Made by a program: the position numbers and the translations under genes. A DNA stretch of 64,000 nucleotides from assembly GCA_964016885.1 (NCBI GenBank), contig OZ024743.1, positions 290,780,001-290,844,000 on the forward strand. The letters are read 5' to 3'. Origin of the DNA: Eledone cirrhosa (Eukaryota). A model generated the notes under the pieces. The model made no database searches and was not told the origin of the DNA. It saw nothing but the letters and a program-made list of their open reading frames with translations. Shown piece after piece: positions 1 to 10,812 of the stretch; position 1 is the stretch's first letter; each line of letters starts with the position of its first letter.

Positions 1-2979
1 GATCTGTGTGCTTGACTTACATAGGCTTCATAGACGAGGACCCGGCTACTGGAAGCTAAACGCGTCCTTACCAGCGCGCAAGGCCTACAGAGACCGGATT
101 AGCGAACTAGTTAAGCGGGCGTTGACGGGGGCCATCGTCAACAACAAGTGGTGGTTTGCTCTGAAAAGAGCGATTAGAATAGAATCCATTAGGTTTAGTA
201 AGGCTTTAGCAATAGAGAAAAATAGAGCAGAGGGAGAACTAGTTAGAAAATTAGACGAGGCGCTTAGCAAAAGCATTGCGACCAACGTACTTGCGGCGAA
301 ATTGGCCCTTGACCAATTCTTCAATGCAAAGCACGAAGGCTGCGTTGTCAGAGCAAGGGTGCGTGCTCTCAGACACGAGGGGACGAAAGCCGTTCAATGG
401 GCCCGAGTGGCGGAGGCGCGTCGTGGAAACAAAGCCACGATCCGGTCTTTGGTGGACCACGACGGGCGCATGCTACTCGATCCCGGGAAAATGTGTGAAG
501 CTTTTCAGCGACACTTCGCTCAGCTGTTCGGGGGCAGCGGTGGGCCGGGTCGAGGGATGGACTTTAGTGTCTACCTCGACGGACTGCCGCGGCTCTCGGC
601 CACTGAGGCGAAGTGTTGCGAAAAGCCGATAACAGCCGCTGAAGTAAGGGAGGCAATGACTGGCTGCACAAGGGGTAAATCGCCTGGTTTGGATGGTCTG
701 CCCTATGAACTTTACGTACAGATGCCAGACTTGTTCGGAGGCCTCTTGGCGGACGTCTACTGCAACTGGCAACAGAACGGGAGAATTCCCAGTTCTGTGA
801 GCCGAGGAGCGGTGGCACTGCTGAGAAAGGATCCGAACAAGGGGGATAACATAGATAATTTCCGGCCCATAACTCTGCTAAACACAGTGTTCAAGATTTT
901 GGCCAAGGTGCTAGCAAAGAGGTTGGCGCTTGTCGTTGGTGGTCTGGTGGGAGAGGCGCAGACATGCGCCATTCCCGACAGATCCATCCACGACAACCTC
1001 CACCTCATGCGATACATCGTAGAGAGGGTAGCTAGGGAACCTGGCACGGGTGGGTCCTTGATCAATTTAGATCAGTCGAAAGCTTTCGATAGGGTCGACC
1101 ATCGTTACCTAGCGGCAGTCCTGAGGGCGTCTGGCTTTGGGCCCGTCTTCAGAGGCTGGATCGCTGCCATGCACAGCGACATCTGCTCTGTGGTGAGAGT
1201 GAACGGTCACCTGTCGGAACCGTTCAACATCATGCGCTCGGTCCGCCAAGGATGTCCCCTCTCGTCCCTCTTGTACGTATTGACTCTCGAGCCATTACTG
1301 CACAAACTGGAGACGTTGAAGGGCGTCCCGCGCGAACTAGGATGCGGAAGATCCGTGTCAGCATATGCGGACGATGTCGCCGTAGTGGTGTCGAACGCCA
1401 AACACATCGAGGCGATCGGCACTACACTAAGAGAATACGAAGCGGTGACAGTAGCAATGATCAACCACGAAAAGTCAGTGGGCCTTAGCTCGGCACCTGC
1501 AGAGGCAGGACCCTGCCATCCAACAGCGTCGTCGGACGCTGGACCGACGGACGGGTTAAATTGCTAGGGGTCTGGTTCGGTCCGGACCTCCAGACGGACA
1601 AAAACTGGGACGAAGTGACGAGCAGGGTGGCTTCTCTCACCCAGAAATGGGCGGAGAGGAAGCTATCTCTGAAAGGTCGAGCGGAGGTGGCTAACGCGTA
1701 CATCGCGTCTGTCATCTGCTACCGCCTGACCGTGGTACCTTGTCCTAAGCCTCGCCTGACTGCGCTGGAGTGTTTGCTCTTTCGCTTTATGTGGAAGGGA
1801 CGCGCTCCGATGGTCAGGCGGTCCATCTGTTGTCAACACCCGCTACGTGGAGGGCTGGGCTTGCCGTGGCTGATGATGCGCAGGCACGCGCTCAGGCTAC
1901 GACATCTCCACCTCTTCCTCGACGGAGATCAGGTGTGGTCACCGTTTGCTAGACACGTATTTCCCCAGCTCGTTTCCTTGACGGAGCTGCAGTCCTGGTT
2001 CAAGCGAAGACCGAGAGGGAGCGCCTGGAGACTGGAATGTCTTCAGGCGCTCACAGCCCTCGACCAATCGGGCAATGTGATCGGTGGAAACTCCACCTCG
2101 GCGTTCTATAGAGGATTAGTGGAGGGGAAGAGCGACGACGTACTTGGCGAAATTCTAGGCGTTGACGAAAATCAACTAGCCAATCCGTTCGGAAGAACTT
2201 TCGGGCCAGGGCCTATGGACAACTTCCAGAAATCTCTGGCCTGGCAGTGCTACCGAGGAGCCTTGCCAGTTCGGGATAAACTCTACAGGCATGGAGGTGC
2301 CGTCAGCCGGGCATGTCCGAGATGCGCGCAGGGCGACGAAACCGTCCTGCACGCACTCGTCCAGTGTCCGAAAATTGCTTACTTGTGGGTTCATGTCGAA
2401 CAGCTGCTGTCGCGTTTAGGACGGATCCGGCTATCAGCTGAGTCCATCTTGAGGATTGCCCTTCCCTCCTCCTTTAGCCGGAAGGGCAGGCAGTTTTTAT
2501 CTGTCTGGTGGCAATGGCGAAAGAGATAGTATGGTGGACACGTTTGAAAGGGCTGAAGACGAGCACTTACCTCTTCGGTGATGCTCTGATTGACTTTTTC
2601 AAATTCCATTTAAAAAGGAAAATCAGAGTAGAGAGGGAAGTGCTCTCTTCCCAGCATTTTGTTGAAAGATGGGTGAGAGAAGCAAGAATGGCCCGAGTGA
2701 ATGGGCCTACTCTGAGTATATATCTGTAAATTAAAGGTGGAAAACTAGGAGAAGGCACTTGCCTTGGTGGTCAGGGTCATTGTGGCCTTTTACTGGGCTT
2801 TCTCCACAAATGTCCCTCCGAAGTCTCCCCCCTATTGGGGAATTTTTCATTGTTATTTTTTGTTACATCCTCTGTTTTTGTTTTTTACACGCAGAAATGC
2901 CTATTTGTACTGTCCTGTATTGTCCTGCACTGTCCTTAATGTCTACTTGATGTAAACCCTTGTGGTTAATAAAGAAATC
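1..2979 (+). mobile_element. L1/Tx1-clade non-LTR retrotransposon, copy A (5' part outside window), subfamily 1
   Basis: ORF2 motifs GPGYWKLN, KSPGLDGL, NFRPITLLN, LDQSKAFDRV, SVRQGCPLS, AYADD and C-terminal CPRC..ETVLHALVQC; 3' UTR ends AATAAAGAAATC then (ATT)n. Confidence 0.93.
8..2729 (+). pseudogene. Tx1 ORF2 (RT + Zn finger) of copy A, two apparent 1-bp frameshifts (~1486, ~2480)
   Basis: ORFs 8-1567, 1561-2529 and 2508-2729 join into one continuous ORF2 when compared with sibling copies. Confidence 0.88.
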
Positions 2980-3030
2980 ATTATTATTATTATTATTATT
3001 ATCATTATTATTATTATTATTATTATTATT
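2980..3030 (+). repeat. (ATT)17 spacer between Tx1 copies A and B (one ATC unit)
   Basis: direct reading. Confidence 0.97.
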
Positions 3031-3248
3031 GGCGACCTACATAGTAAATCGTATCATCGTGAACTCCGCAAAAGTTTGTTATTTTCAGTTGTTTAAAATT
3101 GCCATTTATGGAAATTTTTTATTGATAACTGTATATAAGTGCACATTCATTGATTTCTGAAAAGGACACTCAAAAAGATTGCGGCCTTGAGCCCAAACAA
3201 TTAAAACTTTTTTATAATTATCAAACAAAAAAAAATTTCTTTAAAATC

Positions 3249-5330
3249 ATGGCCGACTCAGAGTCACTCCTTCCTCACAAACTAACACCTGACACCGACA
3301 CCACCATTGTAAATATTACTACGTTTGCCAACAATAAAAATGTAAGCAGTATCAATATTTTAAATTTGCCTCAGGCAGACATTCATTTCCCGCCATTACC
3401 AATGACTGCAGGTGTTAAAGCCCCCACCCCCATCACCACCACAACAGCGACAACAGAAACAAAAGAAAAAAAATTAACTCGTGATATCGAAATGAGTTCA
3501 ACCAAAATTAACTCTTCCACACCGAACACCACTGACGCCACCACCACCACAACTGAAACTAAAATTAACAATAACAAAAATAACGATAATATAACAACAG
3601 TAACAATGAAATTAAGAAAACTACCCTTTGTTTTGCCAGAGTAGCAAAAACGTTCGAAGCGATCCAGGTAACTCGGGAGGAATTAGAAGAAGCCAAAAGA
3701 ATAGTAAAGACAGATGGGTACAGGATCAGCCCCCCCCCCCCCCCCCCCCCCACACACACACCTAATAAAATGGAGCATCGTCGCCTATGCACCGTGTCTT
3801 ATCGGACAATTAACATAAAATCGCGCCGAGTGGAACGGGCATCAGAGTCCCAAATCCAAAAAGCTTTGGGACATGTGTGGGCAATAAAACCCACATCAGA
3901 AGTGGGCAGAAATATGGAGCGGTGGATGTGTTCTTTGAAACACCACAGGAGGCCAGAGAACACTCCATGGCCCCATTAAGAAGTGACGACTTCACACTCG
4001 TCCCAAGCTATTGTGACCAGAGACTTGTGAATATCAGGGTGACCCACGTTCCACTGGCCATCGAAATTCCCTGGCTAATGGCTGCCGTCCACGCCGGCAT
4101 CGAGGCCAACACCAATATAATCGATATAGCGAAAGAAAAGCAGGAGAAATGGTCCGGATCTGGGATGTAGCTCCTGATCCAAGCGGACCAAAAAAGCATT
4201 GAGGAGTTCCCATAGGTAATAGACCTCACTGATGGCAGCCACGTCACCGTAATCGTCGAGGGCAGAAGGCCTAGGTGTGTCGTTTGTGGTGAAGGAACCC
4301 ACCTAAGGGCTTTCTGCCCTCAGGATAAAAGGTTGAGGCCACTTCTCTTACCCACCCCAGTGACTCAACCATCAACACCACCAGCAGTAGAGATAGCAGC
4401 AACAAATGTAGCAACAACAACAGAAGCAACTGTAACAGCAACAACCGCAGCAACAGTAGCAAAACCCAACACCAACACCACCCAACGCGCCAGAACTGAC
4501 ACCAGCGCCTACACTATCCACCACGCCACAACCAAAACCAACGCCTGTGGAGGATTTTCCACTCCCCGATTTATCGCAACTGGAGACAGATTGTGACGAG
4601 GAAGAGTGGGAAATGGTATCAGGAAAAAAGAAAAAAAGAAACCAAAAAAGAAAATATTCTCTTCCTTCCACGTCCAAAAACAAAATACAGACGGAAACAA
4701 ATAAATTATCAAACAAAAAAGTTAGGACAGATATGCCCCCATCCACACCAGCATCACCAACCCATCACCACAAACACCAACACGATCACCATCATTAACC
4801 CCAACACCACCATCACCATCATTAACCCCAACACCACCATCAACAAAACCACAAAAGTCACCAAAAAGCGTAACAGAAACAAACCCACAACCAACGCAAA
4901 CAAAACAAAACAACCAAAACGATACACACTACACAGCATTCAATTTGAACAATAATGGTTGACTTTGGCTTTCATCCTTACGGGGTCGATAAAATAAAGT
5001 ACCAGTAATGCACTGCGTATTTGCTGGCCTTGTGCCTAAAGTAGAAACAATTAAATTTGAACAATAATGAATTATTACACTACATGCAACACAACACTAG
5101 CATCACAGAAAAAGACTACACAAGAACCCTAAAGTTCACACCACCTCCACACATAAATATCACTCGCATCACACAGAATACGTACACGCCACTAAAACAA
5201 AAATTCCCCAAAGACATCGGAGACGTCCGACAAACACTCTCCAGGAGTATTTATAAGGAGATCCTTCCGGAGGAGGCCACAGGCAGTGAAAAGGATGGAC
5301 AAACCATCCTTCCTTGCGAGAAGTAAGGTA
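3249..5330 (+). pseudogene. Tx1 ORF1 (gag-like, CCHC knuckle, Thr/Pro/Lys-rich), disrupted
   Basis: ATG at 3249; C-X2-C-X4-H-X4-C motif; stops, frameshifts and a SINE insertion. Confidence 0.75.
4958..5053 (+). mobile_element. 5'-truncated tRNA-derived SINE inserted in copy B ORF1
   Basis: Matches 3' part of SINE at 27776-27967; 16-bp TSD AATTTGAACAATAATG at 4942-4957 and 5054-5069; absent at the equivalent site of copy D (~16370). Confidence 0.92.
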
Positions 5331-5365
5331 AGTGGTCTTTCCCATCTTTTCCACTCCATTTCAAC

Positions 5366-8361
5366 ATGATCTCACTCAGAATAGGCAGCATAAATGCGCG
5401 TGGCTTGGGGTCGTCATGGAAGCAGGGCCACCTGCTCAACGACCTCAGGTCACTAAACATAGATGTAGTGGCCATCAGCGAGACACGAATCTCCGAGGCA
5501 CGGGCCTTCGCACCGATCTTCGACGGCTACGATTTGTACGCATCTTCCAGCCGTCCGGGATAGGGGGAGGAGTTGTTTTGCTTTTTCGGAGAGGTTTGGC
5601 TCTCGCCATACGGGCCATCTTCCTGGACCCAGAAGGTAAGTTGGTGGTGCTAGACGTGACAAGCTTTCAGGCTAGTGGCCGTCTATGCCCCGACAGGAGC
5701 AGGGCGGCCTGATTTCTTCCGGCGTCTGGAGACCTTTCTTGGAACGTCCCGCTCTTTAGTGTTAGAGGGCGACTGGAACGGGATCTTAGATGCACGCTGG
5801 GAATGTGTGGGAATAGCTGATAGGGGAGAAGGGTGCAAGAGCCTCACCAACCTGCTCAGGCGTTTTGAACTGTCTGACAAGTACCGATTGGATTTCCCGA
5901 ATGTGCCAATGTGGACATGGACAAATCGCATAAGGTCATCCAGATCATATCTAGATAGTGTATTTTATAGGAAAATAGATAGGTTTAGCATAGGCTGTCC
6001 ACAATTAAATATATTCAGCTACACGGACCACAAATTCGTGATCTTTGTGCTTGAATTAGATAGGCTTCATAGACGAAGACCCGGCTACTGGAAGCTAAAC
6101 GCGTCCTTGCAAGCGTGCAAGGCTACAGAGACCGGATTAGCGAACTAGTTAAAGGTGCGTTGACGGGGGCCATCGTCAACAACAAGTGGTGGTTTACTCT
6201 GAAAAGAGCAATTAGAATAGAGTCTATTAGGTTTAGTAAGGCTTTAGCAATAGAGAAAAATAGAGCAGAGGGAGAATTAGTTAGAAATTTAGACGAGGCA
6301 CTTAGCAAGGCATCGCGACCGACGTACTTGGGGCGAAATTGGCCCTTGACCAATTCTTCAATGCAAAGCAAGAAGGCTGCGTTGTCAGAGCTAGGTTGCG
6401 TGGTCTCAGACACGAGGGGACAAAAGCCGTTCAATGGGCCCGAATGGCGGAGGCGCGTCGTGGCAACAAAGCTACGATCTGGTTTTTGGTGGACCACGAC
6501 GGGCGCATGCTACTCGATCCCGGGCAAATATGTGAAGCTTTTCAGGGACAATTCGCTCAGCCGTTTCGGGACAGCGGCGGGCCGGATCGAGGGATGGTCT
6601 TTAGTGTCTACCTCGACGGCCTGCGGCGGCTCTCGGCCACTGAGGCGGAGTGTTGCGAAAAGCCGATAATAGCCGCTGAAGTACGGGAGGAAATGACAGG
6701 CTGCACAAGGGGTAAATCGCCTGGTTTGGAAGGTCTGCCCTAATGAACTTTACGTACAGATGCCAGACTTGTTCGCAGGCCTATTGGCCGACGTCTACTG
6801 CAACTGGCAACAGAACGGCAGAATTCCCAGCTCTGTGAGCCGTGGAGCTGTGGTGCTGCTGAGAATGGATCAGAACAAGGGGGATAACATACATAATTTT
6901 AGGCCCATAACTCTGCTAAACACAGTGTTCAAGATTTTGGCCAAGGTGCTAGCAAAGAGGTTGGCGCTTGTCGTTGGTGGTCTGGTGGGAGAGGCGCAGA
7001 CATGCACCATTCCCGCCCGATCCATCCACAACACCCTCCACCTCATGTGATACATCGTAGAGAGGGTAGCAAGGGAACCTGGCACGGGTGGGTCCTTGAT
7101 CAACGAGGAAAAGTCAGTGTGCCTGCAGCTCGGCACCTGAAGAGGCAGTTCCATGCCATCCAACAGCGTCGTCGGGCGCTGGACGGACGGACAGGTTAAA
7201 TTGCTAGGTGTTTGGTTCGTTCCGGATCTCCAGACGGACAAAAACTGGGACGAGGTGACGAGCAGGGTGGCTTCTCTCGCCCAGAAATGGGCCGTGAGGA
7301 AGCTATCCATGAAAGGTCGAGCGGAGGTGGCTAACGCGTATATCGCGTCCGACATCTACTACCTCCTGACCGTCGTACCTTGTCCTATGCTCCGACTGAC
7401 TGCGCTGGAGCATTTGCTCTTTCGCTTTTGTGGAAGGGACGCGCTCCGATGGTCAGGCTGTCCATCTACTGTCAACACCCGCTACGTAGAGGTCTGGGAA
7501 TACCGTGGCTGATGATGCGCAGACACGCGCTCAGGCTACGACATCTCCACCTCTTCCTCGATGGTGATCAGGTGTGGTCGCCGTTTGCTAGCCGCGTCTT
7601 TCCCCAACTCGTATCCTTGACGGAGCTGCAGTCCTGGGTCAAGCGAAGACCGAGACGGAGCGCTTGGAGACTGGAATGTATTCAGGCGCTCACAGACTTC
7701 AACCAATGTGATCGGTGGAAACGCCACCTTCGCGTTCTATAGAGGATTAGTGGAGGGGAAGAGCGACGACGTACTTGGGGAAACTCTAGGCGTCGACAAA
7801 AATCAACTAGCCAATCTCTTCGGAAGAACTTTCGGGCCCAGGCCTATGGACAACTTCTAGAAATCCCTGGCGTGGCAGTGCTACCGAGGAGCTCTGCCAG
7901 TTCGAATTAAACTCTACAGGCTTGGAGGTGCCGTCAGCCGGGCATGTCCGAGATGCGCGCAGGGCAACGAAACCGTCCTGCACGCACTCGTCCAGTGTCC
8001 TAGCATTGCTGACTTGTGGGTTTATGTCGAACAACTGCTGTGCCATGTGTGACGGATCCAGCTATCAGCTGAGTACATCGTGAGGAATGCCCCGCCCTCT
8101 TCCTTTAGCCGGGAAGGGCAGGCAGTTTTTATCTGTCTAGTGGCTATGGCGAAAGAGATAGTATGGTGGACACGTTTGAAAGGGCTGAAGACGAGCACTT
8201 ACCTCTTCGGTGATGCTCTGATTGACTTTTTCAAATTTCATTTGAAAAGGAAAATCAGGGTAGAAAGGGAAGTGCTCTCTTCCCCGCAGTTTGTTGAAAG
8301 ATGGGTGAGAGAGGCGAGAATGGCCCGAGTGAATGGGCCTACTCTGAGTATGTGTCTGTAA
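5366..8361 (+). pseudogene. Tx1 ORF2 (APE-RT-Zn finger) of copy B, disrupted
   Basis: Fragmented ORFs 5366-8361; YADD region deleted. Confidence 0.88.
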
Positions 8362-8611
8362 ATTAAAGGTGGAAAACTGTGAGAGGGCACTTCCCTTGGT
8401 GTTCAGGGTCACTGTGGCTTTATAATGGGCTTTCTCCACGAATGTCCCTCGGAATTCTCCCCACTATTGAGGAACTTTTTCATTGTTCTATTATTGCATC
8501 TTCTGTTTCTTGTTTTTTACACGCAGAAATGCCCATTTGAACCGTCCTGTATTGTCCTGTACTGTCACTAATGTCTACTTTATGTAAACCCTTGTGGTTA
8601 ATAAAGAAAGC

Positions 8612-8632
8612 ATTATTATTATTATTATTTAT
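8612..8632 (+). repeat. (ATT)6+TAT spacer between copies B and C
   Basis: direct reading. Confidence 0.95.
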
Positions 8633-8857
8633 GGCCGCACATGTGTGAAGACAGACAAGTCTGCGGAGGAAACGGTTCGTAGCTTTAAGCTGTTTTAAAG
8701 TGTCTTTTTTTTGTATTTTCTTGTCATTAACGAAACTTAAGGTACACATCTTGATTTAAAGAGAGGGATACCTCTCAATATTCGGGCTTTAAGCCCGAAT
8801 ATTCAGATTTATTTTAAAATCTTCGAAAAAAAATCGCTTCCCCACCAAAAGAAAATT

Positions 8858-10803
8858 ATGGAAATTTTCGACCTTGAAACGGTAAACAACGTTCAGGTCA
8901 AAAGTTTAAAGGCAGCCACTGCAGATTTCACCACGACTACGACGGCTACAGTCATTCCTGTCTACACTCTACTGAATGTGAAGGTAAAACTAAAAAGCTA
9001 CCATCACAATCTTCTGGCATAGCAGCAGTATCATCTGAAAACGACATCACCACCACCACCACAACAACAACAACTCAGAGCCATAACGACAAAAACACCG
9101 ACAGCTTCAATGTAAACAAGGATGGCGGTGGCAACAAAAAGAATGACAACAACAACAATAAGAGCATCAGAAACACCACATTTGCTGCAGCAGCAGCAGC
9201 AGCAAAAACAAAGCGCTTATTGAATATCGATATTGATATTAGAGATAAAGACGAACAGTTAGCCAAAGCGTGGAGGCTAATTAAACGGGAGAAGTCCTGG
9301 GCAAACCTGTCCATCCCGAACGAGGCAATAGCGGCCATGCAAAGGAGGACGGTGCTCTTTCGATGTATTTCGGTGCAGACACGAAAAGTGGAACTTGCGA
9401 GCCAAGCAGAGGTAGAGGCTGCGTTGGAGTACATCGGAAGTAACATAGAGTACAAAGCAAGAGGCAAACAGTTCGGTACCATCTCGGTACTGTTCAAATC
9501 CGAGGCCCTCGCTATTAAGCACTCGGTGATCCCCTGCAGAACGGAACGCATTATCATGCATCCGTCAAGGTACGCATTCCCAGCATCCCACCAGGAATGA
9601 ACATATGGTGGCTGCTGGGATGCGTAATCGAGGAGGGGACAGACACCACCCTCCTGGACATCAAAAGGACAGAGAGAGAAGACTGGTCCGGAATGGATTT
9701 GGAGATTCTTCTCCAAATGAAACCGGAGGATATAAATAACATCCCAGATTTTGCCCGCCTGTAGGACGGGACAACGATCCAACTAATGATTGACGGAAGA
9801 AGGCCACGCTGCTTCGTTTGCGGGGAAGCCACGCATCTTCAAGCCTTTTGCCCTCAGCGCAAAAATGCAGGGGGTCGCAAACCTCCTTTGTTGCCAACGC
9901 CAGTGTCAGCACGGAAACCTGCACCACCACCGCCACCACCAAAAACAACATCAACAAAACACGGACACCAACATCAAAAGCAGCCGGATCACCACCAACA
10001 CCAAAACCAATCCAAGGAGAAAACGAGGAAAGCTCTCCCACTCCCCCTACCCCCCAACTATATACACAGACAAAAAAAAAATAAACGCACACACAGACAC
10101 AGAGACACTCACAGACACAGAACCTTTGTCTTTCAGCAGCGAAGATGAAGGAAAACCCAAAAGTGCAAAAAAAACAGAGAAAACTCACACAAAAAAAAAA
10201 GCCCCTACAAAACACAAAAACACACACAACAAAAAATACAGACACCACTAACGCAGACACTTCCCCAATAACATCAGCACCATCAGCAACATCGACACCA
10301 CCTCCACAATCCCCGAAACGCAAACAACCTAAACAAACACAAGTACAAATAAACACACAAATACCTGAAATTGCAGACACCACACCTACAACAAACATAG
10401 ACATACCCGAAACAACACCACCAAAACCATCGCCACCACCTTCACCAAAATGAAAACAATAAAACCACACCAACAAAATGTTAAAAACTTCGTGCTTGTC
10501 AGAAGGGCCAACGATAAACTGATGGCCCTCTTAGCGCTAAGCGAGGACATTCAAACAGAGGGGGAGATTTTTGAAATGAGCACATTTTGCGTGCCAGAAG
10601 ATTTGCTTCTGGTCCGAATGTCACTCAATTCTTTCAAAGAAATTCGAGAGAGCTTTCCTCAAGACGTGGGAAACCCGAATGTGAAACCCACATCAAGACT
10701 TTTAAAGGGGTTCCCAAAAGAAACCCCACCAACCATGGAGGTCGAACCACCCGACCTTCACAAGACCCGGGAGGTAAGTAAACCTTCCCTCTCTCTCTCT
10801 TAG
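8858..10803 (+). pseudogene. Tx1 ORF1 of copy C, disrupted
   Basis: ORF fragments 9220-9600, 9786-10148 (CCHC knuckle) and 10450-10803; start codon approximate. Confidence 0.72.
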
Positions 10804-10812
10804 CTTACCAAT

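Larger units (their letters stand above)
3031..8611 (+). mobile_element. Tx1 copy B, both termini present, subfamily 1, decayed
   Basis: Starts GGCGACCTAC as copy D does; ORF1 knuckle RPRCVVCGEGTHLRAFC (~4270-4320); APE LRIGSINARGL/GDWNGILD/TDHKF; RT with ~399-bp internal deletion; ends AATAAAGAAAGC(ATT)n. Confidence 0.93.

Noticed and set aside
8-2729. Copy A as an intact active element
   Set aside because: Two frameshifts as assembled and the 5' part is outside the window; sequencing error cannot be excluded.
8633-8700. HDV-like ribozyme at the Tx1 5' end (GGCCGCA..TGCGG)
   Set aside because: Only a 5-bp pairing; the nested double-pseudoknot could not be built and subfamily 1 lacks it.
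9075-10476. Long minus-strand ORFs (235 aa, 271 aa) over Tx1 ORF1
   Set aside because: Shadow frames of A/C-rich ORF1 sequence; no domain, and not conserved in other copies.
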